A stretch of DNA of 64,000 nt from a virus (taxonomy: Duplodnaviria > Heunggongvirae > Uroviricota > Caudoviricetes). The stretch lies in the IMG/VR virus record IMGVR_UViG_3300028591_000077; one strand, written 5' to 3'. The notes under the pieces were generated by a model. That model saw only the letters and a program-made list of their open reading frames with translations, ran no database searches and was not told the DNA's origin. Shown here piece by piece: positions 40,739-52,088 of the stretch; position 1 is the first letter of the stretch; every line of letters starts with the position of its first letter. Both the position numbers and the translations under genes were made by a program.

Positions 40739-42685
40739 ATGGCTGAAACAAAAACTAAAACTACAAGAAAGCCAAAAGCTACTAAAACAGAATTAGTTGG
40801 CAATCAAGCAAAGCCAGTCGTTCTTGATTCCACTACAAAGTTAGATATTGATACTCAAAAAACATTAGTAGACAATATTATTGTTGGTGGTTTAACTGGA
40901 AGACTAGATACTGGCGAAATTGAAAAGTTTACTTCTATTTCAAATGCCAGAGACCAAGTTTATCAATTAATCGATACAATGTGTAAAGATTCATCTGTTG
41001 CGTCTATTGTCAGAACTTATGCTGAAGACGTATGTGAAATGGGTGATAACGGACATATTATCTGATGTGAATCAAACAATCCTGACATAAGCAAGTTTAT
41101 TAACTATTTACTTAATGTCATGAACGTTGACAAAAACATCTTTGGCTGGACCTACTGCTTATTAAAATATGGCGATGTTTATCTAAGACTCTACAGAGAA
41201 TCTGACTACGATGACAGATTATTCAAGCAAGATAATATTAATAAAGCTGATACAGGCAGAAGACTAAATGAAACAGTTAAATTAAATATGCATGCAGCCA
41301 ATGACCCATACAGCTATTATGTTGAAATGGTTCCTGACCCAAGCACAATGTTTGAGTTAACTAAATATGGAAAAACCTATGGCTATATTGAAGTTCCAAA
41401 TGCCGAAAATACTGCATTTGATTTCTCAGAGGCGTTCATGGGTGGACAACAAACAAATATCTTCAATTATAAATTAAAATCACAAGACGTTATCGTTTAT
41501 CAAGCTGATGACTTCGTTCATGCTTGCCTTGAAGATAACTTCACAAGATTCCCAGAAACAGTTAAAATCTTTACGTCTGATGCCGATTATAATTCAGACA
41601 GCAATGGGTTAAATTATTCTGTCAGACGCGGTAAATCACTATTATATGATTCATATAAGATTTGGAGAGAAAAATCATTACTTGAAGGCGCAGCGATCCT
41701 AAATAGATTAACCCGTTCAAGTATCCTTAGAAAAGTCGCTGTTGAAGTTGGTGATATGCCTAAAGAGCAAGCTCAATTAACACTTAGACGTGTTAAGGAC
41801 ATGCTTGAACAAAAAACAGCTATCAATGAAAATGGAAGCATGTCTGAGTATAATAACCCAGCTGCTATGGAAAATAACATATACTATGTTACCCATAATG
41901 GACAAGGTGCCATCACAATTGATTCTGTCGGCGGCGATGTAAATGTTAAAGACCTCGCAGACTTAGACTGGTGGAACAATAAATTCTATTCATCTTATGG
42001 AATTCCAAAGCAATACTTTGGTTGGACAGACGACGGCGCTGGCTTCAACGGTGGAACCGCATTAACAGTCTTATCCAGCGTTTATGCTAAAGGCGTTAAG
42101 AGAGTTCAAAACTCAATTATCCAAGCTGTTACTGATATTATTAATTTAATATTAATTAATAAAGGATTAAAGAGCTACTTAAATAACTTCGTTTTAAAGA
42201 TGAAAATCCCAGTAACGCAAGAAGAAGTAAGCTTCAGAGAAAGCTTTACCGCTAAGATCTCTGCATTAAGCAACCTTCAAAGCTTATTAACCGACGTCGA
42301 AGGAAAGACAAGAAGATTAGAAATCTTAAAGACCTTAGTTGGAACATTGAACTTTGGTGATGATATTCTAACTCAAATCGACAAAGAGATTCAAGCTACC
42401 GAAGAAGCTGAAAAAGCAGAAGCTGAGGCTGCCAAAGCCGAAGAAGAAGCTGCTGCTGCGGCATCAACTGAAACAGAGGCAACTCCAGAAGCAGCTGAAG
42501 AAGCTACAGCTGAAGAAGCTCCAGCTGAAGAAGGGGGCGAAGACTTAGAACTTACCCCAATGCCAATGGAAGGATTTAAACCAACAGAGGGAACAACTGC
42601 CTTAACTGAAGATGGCTTCTTAGATGATGACGATGATCTTCCAACGGCAGAAGACCTTAAAAAAGATTTCACAGAAAATAAATAA
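40739..42685 (+). CDS. Portal protein (gp20-like; code 4)
   Basis: TGA 41063 read through; KYGDVY, GKSLL, LEGAAILNRLTRS, VEVGDMP, GIPKQY; follows terminase. Confidence 0.88.
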
Positions 42686-42704
42686 TTTCGAAAGGAACTA
42701 AATA

Positions 42705-43178
42705 ATGATTACGAAAAATGATTGTCTATCAATTCTTGTTAAGATGGAGGACAATGGGCTAAACGTCAATTCTTATATTAAGAAATTAGTTGGCTCAAAG
42801 GAAATTCCGTTAGATGTTCTCCAATTCATTTCAAGAAACAGAGGAATTGAAGTCGGAAACTTCTACGAAATGCTTAGAAAAAAGCATAACCAAAGCAAAT
42901 CACCATTATATACTAATATATTAAAAGAAGTTGATAATATCAATGATGTTATTACCACATTAACCTGTTTGATGACTCAAATTGTGTTATATGGCAAAAA
43001 GCTCGAAGATAATAGTCAATTCTATAAAGAGGTAAGAGCTGAAGAAATTACACGTGTATTGAATGATTATTTCAAAACCGAAATACCAGATAGCTGTGTA
43101 AAGTTAATCAAGCTCATTAAATCTGATATATTAGTCTTAGAATATATTGCTGGAAGACGCGAATTAATCCGAGGTTAA
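42705..43178 (+). CDS. Hypothetical protein
   Basis: ORF with RBS; terminator follows. Confidence 0.7.
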   Translation: MITKNDCLSILVKMEDNGLNVNSYIKKLVGSKEIPLDVLQFISRNRGIEVGNFYEMLRKKHNQSKSPLYTNILKEVDNINDVITTLTCLMTQIVLYGKKLEDNSQFYKEVRAEEITRVLNDYFKTEIPDSCVKLIKLIKSDILVLEYIAGRRELIRG

Positions 43179-43190
43179 TCAAATAAACAC

Positions 43191-43216
43191 AAAAACGGAG
43201 TAAAACTCCGTTTTTT
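43191..43216 (+). terminator. Intrinsic terminator
   Basis: aaaacggag-taaaa-ctccgtttttt. Confidence 0.75.
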
Positions 43217-43408
43217 ATTTTTTTCCTTTTTTATTATTCGCTAAATTAATTGATAGACGGACCAAATCAATTAAATTGTTGATTTAAAGTGAAAATTAAT
43301 AAATTATTAAATTATTAATTTATTAAAAAATTTATTCGCTAAATTAAGTAGACAAATTGATTTGTCTATACCACTTATTATTTGAAAGAAAGTATACAAG
43401 GGGAAAAT

Positions 43409-45277
43409 ATGGACAAAAATAAACAAATACTCGAAACACTTAGAATGCAACCTCTTTCTGAAGAAGAAAAGGCCGCAAGACATATTCTCGGTAGACTTTA
43501 TGGTCCTATCGCCACTTGTAAAGAGAATACAAGAAACGGTAGACGCTATAACAGAGAACTTTGGGAAAGAGCTCTTACCGATGAAATCTTCCAAGAAAAG
43601 ATTGCTAACAAAAGTTTGTTCCTAGAATTAGGACATCCTGCAGACAGAGAAGAGACAGACATGAAATTGGTCTGTGCTTGTATTCCAGAAATGCCTAAAA
43701 TTGTCGACGGCGACTTATATGCCTATGTTGACATCTTAGATACAGATAACGGCAGATTGTTAAAGACACTTTGCGACTATGGATTCGTTCCTGGTATCTC
43801 ATCCAGAGGTTCTGGTGATATCATGGATAATGATGAAGTCGATCCTGAGACATTCTTCTTAGAAACTTGGGATATCGTTCAACTACCAGCCGTTAAAAAA
43901 GCAAGATTGCAAGTTTGCGAATCATTAAATGCTGAAGAACTTCAATTAAGAAAAGCTCTTGTTGAATCATTCAATAAGGCAGATAGTGATGGCAAACAAA
44001 GCATCAAGACAGCATTAGAGAATCTTCAATTAAATATTCTTGATGAAGATGTACTCAAAGAAACCAAGATTCTTCCAGGTGGAACACCAGATGACATGGA
44101 ATTAATTCCAGATTCATTAATCGATGAAGAAGTCACTGCACCACTTAATGAAGAAGAAGGTGATGCTGAACCAGAAGAAACCGAAGCTACAGAAGTCAAA
44201 GCTGACGTCGTTGAAACCGAAGCTGAAACTCCTACTGAGGAGGAATCTACTGAGGAAGTTGCTGAAAAAGACCCAGAAGCAACTGAACAAACCGTTGGAG
44301 CATTCGTTGATACTCTTAAAGGTTATGATGAAAACCTTGCTTTAGAGCTTGGTAACGTTACCATCGAAGATAAGGAATACATTCCTGAAATGATCTTCGA
44401 TGATAGCGAAGAGGGCAAATTAATTATTGATATCAACTGCACCCCTGTAGAAGAGGTCAGTGATAATAAAGAAGCTGATGCTGAAGAAACAGCAGAAGAT
44501 AAGACCGAAGAGACATCTGAGGAAGCCGTTGATAACGGAGATGATGAAGTTATCGAAAGTCTAAAAGAAGCTATTCGTCAGAAAACTGCACTTGAAAAAG
44601 AAGTCAAAGAGCTTAGAAATCAAAAAACAGTTAGCGATGCCGAGGTTAAAGGATTACAAGAAAGCTTAACCAAATATAAGACTGCTTTTGCGAGAACCAG
44701 TGAATTAGCTGCAAAGTCACTCAGATTCGAAAAGGAAGTTGCTTCCTTAAAAGAACAAATTGAGAAAGACGAAGAAACAATACAAACCTTGAAAGAGACC
44801 GCATCTAAAGCCACTAAGTTGACCGAAAGTATGCAAAATGATTCCGCTAAGGTGAAGACATTAACCGAAAACCTCGCCAAGATGCAGGCTGAAGCAGAGG
44901 CTAATGAAAAAGCCCTTAACGAGCAAATCACTCAATACAAGCAAAAGCTTGCAGAGAGAACAGCTCTTGCTAAACAGTATAAAGCTAAGGCTGATGCTGT
45001 ATTAGAGAGATATATCGCATCTAAGGCATCCATGCTCGGTGTCAGACCAACTGACATTACAAGCCGTCTTAATGAAGGCTATAGTATGGACGACATCGAC
45101 AAAGTATGCGATGACTTACTAGAAATCAATGTCAACATGACCAAGTTACCATTCGGCGTTGACAGATCCAGAACCAGAGTTGTTGAGTCCAAGGCTACGC
45201 CAAAAGACCCAGATGATGGCTATGAATTAGATGACTCACTGTTCGAGTTAGCCGGACTTGATCGAAGAGATTACTAA
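43409..45277 (+). CDS. Prohead protease (gp21-like) fused to acidic/coiled-coil scaffold
   Basis: NGRRY, ELGHP, ILDT.NG, GISSRGSG, WDIVQLPA; long coiled coil; precedes MCP. Confidence 0.88.
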   Translation: MDKNKQILETLRMQPLSEEEKAARHILGRLYGPIATCKENTRNGRRYNRELWERALTDEIFQEKIANKSLFLELGHPADREETDMKLVCACIPEMPKIVDGDLYAYVDILDTDNGRLLKTLCDYGFVPGISSRGSGDIMDNDEVDPETFFLETWDIVQLPAVKKARLQVCESLNAEELQLRKALVESFNKADSDGKQSIKTALENLQLNILDEDVLKETKILPGGTPDDMELIPDSLIDEEVTAPLNEEEGDAEPEETEATEVKADVVETEAETPTEEESTEEVAEKDPEATEQTVGAFVDTLKGYDENLALELGNVTIEDKEYIPEMIFDDSEEGKLIIDINCTPVEEVSDNKEADAEETAEDKTEETSEEAVDNGDDEVIESLKEAIRQKTALEKEVKELRNQKTVSDAEVKGLQESLTKYKTAFARTSELAAKSLRFEKEVASLKEQIEKDEETIQTLKETASKATKLTESMQNDSAKVKTLTENLAKMQAEAEANEKALNEQITQYKQKLAERTALAKQYKAKADAVLERYIASKASMLGVRPTDITSRLNEGYSMDDIDKVCDDLLEINVNMTKLPFGVDRSRTRVVESKATPKDPDDGYELDDSLFELAGLDRRDY

Positions 45278-45314
45278 TATCTTAAAAATTAGAATTTAAT
45301 TAAGGAGAAAATCA

Positions 45315-46640
45315 ATGAGACAAAATTTACTTGAAACTTATTCAAGACAATTAAAAGTCGCAGAAGCTTATGTCGCAAAGAACTTTGACGGCAGAACAGT
45401 TTCTAGCAACGCCAAACTTACTACTGCTGTCTTATTAGACAACACAAACAGATGGATGACAGAAGCTCTTAACACTGTCGCAACTGAGAGATCAGACCTC
45501 GGTGCTTGGAAGAAATTCTGCTTAAACCTCACAAACATCGCTGTTCCTAGCTTAATCGCTAACGATTTAGTCATCGTTCACCCAATGACTTCTTACAGCG
45601 GCTCAGTTGCATACTTAAAGTATGTTTCTAAGACTGATAAGGGTGGAATCGAAAAAGGCCACGAATTCAACAGTGTCTTCGGACTTGGTGAATCTTCAGA
45701 AGCCAGAACTAACTTCACTTCACAAGTTATCGTTGAAGAAGTTGGTTCAAGCGGAAAATTAGCTTTAACTCCTATCGCAAACGGCAGATTCGTTAAAGAA
45801 GACGAAGATGTTGCTGCTGGTAAGGGCTATGATGCTAAAGTCATCCACGCTGATGGCAAAGTCGAATTCTTCAAAGTCGCTGACTTAGTTTACGGCGCAG
45901 GTGACAAAGTTGCTTACGTTTCAGAAGAATTCCAAATGGAAAGAGTTCCTGCAAAGGATATCCCAACCATTGGTCCAAAAATGGAACACATCGCCTTAGT
46001 TGCAGAACCAAGACGTATCGCTGTCCGTTACGACCAAATCACAGCCTTCCAAGCAAAGACTGACTACGGCTTCTCACTCGATAAACAAATCGCTGAACAA
46101 GCTTGTGGTGAATTAGCTTACGAAATCGATACTGAAATCGTTCGTATGTTAGCTGATGGCGCTGGTGAAGCTCTTCCAGAATTAACCTGGTCAAAGACCC
46201 TTCCACACGGCGTTAGCAAATTTGAGCACTACAATGGCTTCTTAGAAGTTATTGAAAAAGCTCGTGCAATCATCTACAAGAGAACCAAGAAATTCCATCC
46301 TAACTACATGGTAATCAACGCTGATGTCTTACCAGTCATCAAGTTCGTCAATGGTTACACTGGAGTTAAGAATCCTAAGATGAATGGTCCTTACAAAGTT
46401 GGTGAAATCGACTCATTATCAGTCTATGTTTCCCCAGAATTAGGTGAAGGCGAATTCTTCTTCGGCTTAAACGGTTCCGATATGATGAGCTCTGCTGGTG
46501 TCTACGCACCTTACATGGCTATCGTTCCAACCCAATTACTTGGTACACCAGACGGTGGTTTAGCACAAGGCTTCAGCACTTGGTACGCAAAAGCATTACT
46601 CAACAAGAACCTTCTTGTTGCTGGTAAGATTGTTGACTAA
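45315..46640 (+). CDS. Major capsid protein (gp23-like)
   Basis: LIANDLVIVHPMT, ELAYEID.EI, AGVYAPY, GFSTWYA; strong codon bias; followed by a UUCG terminator. Confidence 0.92.
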   Translation: MRQNLLETYSRQLKVAEAYVAKNFDGRTVSSNAKLTTAVLLDNTNRWMTEALNTVATERSDLGAWKKFCLNLTNIAVPSLIANDLVIVHPMTSYSGSVAYLKYVSKTDKGGIEKGHEFNSVFGLGESSEARTNFTSQVIVEEVGSSGKLALTPIANGRFVKEDEDVAAGKGYDAKVIHADGKVEFFKVADLVYGAGDKVAYVSEEFQMERVPAKDIPTIGPKMEHIALVAEPRRIAVRYDQITAFQAKTDYGFSLDKQIAEQACGELAYEIDTEIVRMLADGAGEALPELTWSKTLPHGVSKFEHYNGFLEVIEKARAIIYKRTKKFHPNYMVINADVLPVIKFVNGYTGVKNPKMNGPYKVGEIDSLSVYVSPELGEGEFFFGLNGSDMMSSAGVYAPYMAIVPTQLLGTPDGGLAQGFSTWYAKALLNKNLLVAGKIVD

Positions 46641-46671
46641 TTGCTAGTCTAGCTAATCAGTAAGAATAAAT

Positions 46672-46697
46672 AAGAACCTCTTCGGAGGTTCTTTTTT
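46672..46697 (+). terminator. Intrinsic terminator with cUUCGg loop
   Basis: aagaacctc-ttcg-gaggttctttttt. Confidence 0.9.
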
Positions 46698-46759
46698 ATA
46701 GCCTTAAATAATAAATTTAATAAATATTTGCTAAATTATACAGATGAAGGGATAAACTT

Positions 46760-47794
46760 ATGAATTTAATAGCAAAGGAATTTTCAAGATACTCTAATTA
46801 CATAGAGCATAATAAGTTTAAAAATAAGGTATTTCTAATAACAGGAGCAAAAGGCTATTTGGCCAGCTCTTTAATTAGATTTTTATTATACCTAAATAAG
46901 ACTTATAATTTAAACTTATTTATTTATGCTACAACTCGAAATCCAGATAATATACCTAATTATGCTGATGAATTTATAAAATATATTAGTTTTGATACTT
47001 TTGAATCTTATAATTATGTAAGCAAAATAGACTTTGTAATACATACAGCAAATCCAACGTCAAGACTTGAATTTATCAATAATCCACTTGGAACTTTTGA
47101 TATTATAAATAATGGAACAAGACGTGTGCTTGAATTCTCAAAAAATCATAATATTAAATCACTATTATATTTGTCCTCAGTGGAAGTCTACGGGAGTCCA
47201 AAAACTACTAAAATGGTAAAAGAATCTGATTATTTTGCTTTGGACCCAAATGATTTGAGAAACTGCTACCCACTTGGTAAAAAAGTCGCAGAATACTTAT
47301 GCAATACTTATTATAAACAATTTAATCTACCAGTTAATATTGTAAGACCATCATCAGTTCAAGGCTTATTCCAACCTTATACTGAGGATAGAATTTTTAA
47401 TCAGATTCTTAGATGTATTATTGAGCATAAAGACTTTATATTCAAAACTAAAGGTGAGACTGCTAAAACATTAATTTATACAATGGATGCCATTACGGGC
47501 ATGCTTACTATATTGACTTCTGGAAAATATGGTGAAACTTATAATCTTACAGATAATAAGACTTTCTTTATGATGAAAGATATTGTTAAAATGATTTTTG
47601 AACATTTTAATACGGGTTTACAAGTAAAATTTGATTTAGAAGATGATACCAAAACAGGATATATTGCACCGCTTTCATATAATCTTTCAACTGAAAAATT
47701 AGAAAGCCTTGGCTGGAAGCCACAGACTGACTTATACCATATCTATGAAATTGATTTAAGGAGGTTTAATTATGAAAAATCTAGCAATAATTAA
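46760..47794 (+). CDS. NAD-dependent epimerase/reductase (extended SDR)
   Basis: ITGAKGYLA, YLSSVEVYG, YPLGK (YxxxK). Confidence 0.9.
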   Translation: MNLIAKEFSRYSNYIEHNKFKNKVFLITGAKGYLASSLIRFLLYLNKTYNLNLFIYATTRNPDNIPNYADEFIKYISFDTFESYNYVSKIDFVIHTANPTSRLEFINNPLGTFDIINNGTRRVLEFSKNHNIKSLLYLSSVEVYGSPKTTKMVKESDYFALDPNDLRNCYPLGKKVAEYLCNTYYKQFNLPVNIVRPSSVQGLFQPYTEDRIFNQILRCIIEHKDFIFKTKGETAKTLIYTMDAITGMLTILTSGKYGETYNLTDNKTFFMMKDIVKMIFEHFNTGLQVKFDLEDDTKTGYIAPLSYNLSTEKLESLGWKPQTDLYHIYEIDLRRFNYEKSSNN

Positions 47795-48494
47795 AATCGC
47801 CGGAAAGGGAACAAGAGTTCACACTGACATTCCAAAACAATTTGTAGAAGTTCATGGTAAACCAATATTTATTTATACTTTAGAAGCTTTTGAGCAATCT
47901 AATTTAACTGATGCTATTTCAGTAGTAACATCAAAAGAGTGACTTGATTTTGTAAAAGAAAATTGTAAAAAATTTAACATTACAAAAGCAAAGTTCTTCT
48001 GCTTGGGTGATGAAAAATATGGAAATGGTAGCACATTCAATGGTTATAAAGAAGCATTAAATAATGGATATTTTCCTGACTATATAATTTCTCATGATGG
48101 TGTCAGAGCTTTAATTACTCCAGAAGATATTGATGGCTGCATTAAAAAGTGTGTCGGCTCAGATAATGGAATTAGCCAAATGGCTAAGGAGCTAACTGGT
48201 TCAGTATTATTCAAAAATGATCATTGGAATGTTATTAATAGAAATGAAGTATTAGAACTTGCAACACCAATTGTGCTAAAGAACAGAATTTTTGATAGAC
48301 TCTATACTTACTATCAAATAGCTACTGATGAACAAAAAGAAAAATGGTTTGGGCTAGATACTATGTTTATGGAAGAATTTGCTCATTGCATTACTCCATA
48401 TGTCAGTGATAAACTAAACTTTAAAATTACTACTGATAATGACTTAAAATTCTTTAAAGACTTAATTGAAGTAAGAGGTAACCATTATGAGTAA
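47772..48494 (+). CDS. IspD/TarI-like cytidylyltransferase (code 4)
   Basis: AGKGTR...PKQF..GKPI, SHDGVR, NFKITT..DL; TGA 47940 read as Trp. Confidence 0.88.
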
Positions 48495-49647
48495 ATATAT
48501 GATTTTTTATGACAGAGGTTATAGAGCCCAAGATAATGCTGAGCATCTTTGTAGATGGGTTATGAAAAATCACCCGGAAATTAAAACAGGTTATATTTTA
48601 AATAGTAATTCATATGACTGAAAAAGACTTGAAAAAGAAGGCTTTCATTTAATAGACGGTTTATGCAAAGTAGTAACACATAGAGAATTACTTAAATGTG
48701 ATTATGCTTGCTCTTCTATATTTAATGAAGGAATCTGGCTAGATTTTTCAGGCTGTCATTGTAAACGCATCTTTTTAAATCATGGGCTATTCTTAGTACC
48801 TATTAACTATATTAAAGCTGAATGTAACAATGTTGATTTATTTATTGCTACTAATAAAATTGAGTACTTTAATCTATTAGACCCATTCCATAAATTAACG
48901 CCTGAACAAGTAGCCCTTTGTGGCCAGCCACGTCAAGATAATTTAGTTAGACAACAATTAGCCCCGCATAAAGAAAATACTATCTTAATTCAATTCTGAC
49001 AAAGACCAGGTGATTGGTGTAAAAATGATAATAAAAAGTTTTTAGAATCAATATTTTATAAAAAAACTTGTGAGTTATTAACTAATAAAAAATTACTTTA
49101 TCTTTGTAAAAAGAATGACTTAAAATTAGTATTTAAAATGCATCCAATTCAATATGACTGACTAAAATACTATAAAAAATATGAATCTGACTTTGTTGAA
49201 ATAAGTGATATTACAAAACCATTTGAGCCTGAATTTATTAAAAGTAAGTTTATAATAACAGATATTAGTTCGAATGCTTATGAAATGGCTAAGATAAATA
49301 AGCCTTGTATTTATTTTGAACCTGATGCAAAAGACCTATTTTCTTGAAGAGCACAAAGAAATGGTAAGATAGAATTTGATCTTGATCACAACAGCATTGG
49401 TCCCGTAATTTATGACTCAGTAGATAAGCTAGTCGATGAAATTGAAACATTAATACACAATAATTATAAGCTTGCACAAATATATCTTGATAGACGTAAT
49501 AGTCAACTGGCTTTTTTGAATAACATGGATAACTGTAGTCGTTGTTTTAATGCAATATTAAATGTTAATAAATCAAGAACAGCTGAAAAAACAGCTGAAG
49601 AAGAAGCTAAAAAAGCTGCCGCTGAAGAGCATTATCTATATTTTTAA
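48487..49647 (+). CDS. TagF/TagB-family CDP-alditol phosphotransferase (code 4, 4 TGA; absent from ORF track)
   Basis: DNAEHL, FLNHG, GQPRQD, KMHP, ITDISS; TGA at 48619, 48997, 49159, 49345; ends EEHYLYF. Confidence 0.85.
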
Positions 49648-49660
49648 AGGAGATAACGCT

Positions 49661-50362
49661 ATGTTACAATTTATGCAAATATATGGAAATTGCACTGCTG
49701 TTCATTGTCTTGGTCTAAATCGCATTAAAGGTCCTGTTGATAATGTTCAAACGAAAAATTATAAAGTAATTGAGCTACTACTAACAAATAAATATTTTGA
49801 TTATATAAAAAATGCTCAATTTGAACAAACAAGTAGACCTGCTGGTTTTAGTGGTGACTCAAATATTGCCTACTCAACACCAATAGTTAGAATAGTCCAT
49901 AATAATCCGCTAACTGATAAATATTTAAGTAATCTAAAAGTAAGATGTAAAAATTTTAATAATTTTATAAAAAACTTAGATGATACTAAATTTTTAATTT
50001 ATGCTATAAATATTTATGATATAAAAGAAGATCATACTCTTCGAGGAAATAACTTAATTACAAATATAGAATATCTTAAAAAAGTAAGATTACTTGACAA
50101 AGTTATTTTTATAGGTTCACGCGGCAATAGCTGAAGCAATTTCTGGTCAAATAGCCTTGAACCAATTATAAAAAAATATAATTTAAAATATATAGAAATG
50201 ACTGGTATTAAAGCAATGAAAGATGCTACACCAGAATATTTTGAAAAATTATATAAGCAATTTTATACTAAAGCTGAAGCTATAATAAAAAACAAAGCTA
50301 ACAAAAAACCAAAAAATAAAGAAACTAAAAAAGAAGAACAAACCTATTATTTATACTTCTAG
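49661..50362 (+). CDS. Hypothetical protein, DUF1796-like N-terminus (code 4)
   Basis: YGNCTAVHCLG..RIKGPVD; TGA 50132; ends QTYYLYF. Confidence 0.6.
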
Positions 50363-50373
50363 GAGGCATAATT

Positions 50374-51162
50374 ATGAAAATATGTTTCGGAATACCAAGC
50401 TGGCTACCAGATAAAGAACCTGATAGAACACAGCGTAGAGAAAGAATCAATAGATTATTTAAACAACTCAATGATTTTTGGCCAGACATTGATATTTTGG
50501 TTATTGCCCAAAATTGGCAAGATTTTAAGCCGATAGAGACACGAAATAAACAAGTAATAAAAGAATATAAGCCATTAGGAATTCTGCTCGCCAGAAAGAC
50601 TTTAAGAGAAGAATTCTTAAAATTGAATTATGATTATATTATTATGTTTGACGATGATGCAATAATTCAATGTGATAACAATCATGCACATATTGATTTT
50701 ATTAATGAAATCGTTAAGCATCCGCAAGGTTTTTGCTTTATTCATGGTAAAAACAGCAAGTATCATCCATATATTGGTGCTCAACTAAATCTTTGTGCAA
50801 TCTCAAAATTTATTTATGAACAAGAACAAATGGTAGACATTGACCCACAGAAAGACGAAGGTTATGAAGACAGCATATTCGCCTGCCTGCTACATCATAA
50901 ATATGGCAAATATGAGTTTATGCCACCAGCAACCATAAGACCTATACAGTGGATGAATAGAAAAGAACAAATAGCATCTACTTGATCTGATGATAAAAAT
51001 AATGGCCATTGGGCTGTAATGAATAAAAACACTAATAGAATTCAAGAATATATAGTTACCTATAAAAAATTTCCTGAAAACTATAAGAAAATGATAGAAG
51101 CCTACGAAGAGCCTAACTATGATACAAGCTGAGTGAAAGAAGATACTTATTTATATTTCTAA
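50374..51162 (+). CDS. GT-A fold glycosyltransferase (code 4)
   Basis: GIPSW..., GILLAR, YIIMFDDD, GYED; TGA 50983, 51130; ends EDTYLYF. Confidence 0.75.
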
Positions 51163-51212
51163 AAAATGCTAAATTAAATGTTATTATCGTATAATATATG
51201 TGAGGTGTTTTA

Positions 51213-51998
51213 ATGCAAGAAATATCAAAACATGATATCTTAGCCAATTGGAACAATGAAAATTGGGAAGGTTGGCATTCAGAAAAGTATGTTAAAGCTC
51301 GTGCTAAAAATAAAAACACCGTTCGGGATGATAAATATTTAAGAGAAAATATTATATCAAAGTTTCCTATCACAACTGAAATATTATCATTAAAAGAAAT
51401 TAATGAAAATTGGCATAATGAAGATTGGTGGAAAACCAATATTGGAAATGTCATTAATTTATTTGATAATATGTATGTTAAGAAAGGAATAAAATCCTGT
51501 AGCGGAATCTATGCGAGCTGGTTAACAAGATTAACGCAGTATGATATAACGAGAATAGCTGAAAAAACTGTAGCAAAAAACAAAGGCTACGACTGAAACG
51601 AAGCTGGGCATTCTTATATTCATACAGGGCATGCGACGCCAGAAGAAGCACAGCCGGACTTTAAAGATAAAGACGGACAAGACATTGAGCTAAAAGTTTG
51701 TGAAAATGAGAATTCAATAGTATATCATTATTTTAAGAAATTAAAAAATAGCTTTGATTATACTAAACAACATGATTTTCACGGAGCGCAAAAAGCTCTA
51801 TTTTTAACAAAAGCTGCTCCACATAAGCTATATGCTATCGATTTAAACTCTATAGACGACCTGGCCTTACAAATAGGCGAAGATATAGAGCTTGATATTA
51901 TTCCAACAAAGAATGGTAAAATCATAAATAAAGATGATTTACCAGCTGTCCCACCTGCTATTTTATTCGGTTTAACGCCAGCATGGGCTAAAAAGTAA
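51213..51998 (+). CDS. Putative PD-(D/E)XK endonuclease (code 4)
   Basis: IAEK...QPDF...DIELK after reading through TGA 51594; own GTATAATATA motif. Confidence 0.55.
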
Positions 51999-52088
51999 TT
52001 AAAAAATTAGAGAGTATTATTGATTTATGCATAATACTTTCTTTTTTTATTCGCTAAATTATATGATAAGTTGTCAGGAGGATCGTTA

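Noticed and set aside
38669-42685. Terminase, portal, topA etc. as pseudogenes or intron-split genes
   Set aside because: Fragments are in the same frame, separated only by single TGA codons with no intervening sequence; recoding explains all cases.
47772-48494. IspD as part of the MEP isoprenoid pathway
   Set aside because: Context (SDR + TagF-like transferase) points to CDP-alditol synthesis; no other MEP genes are present.
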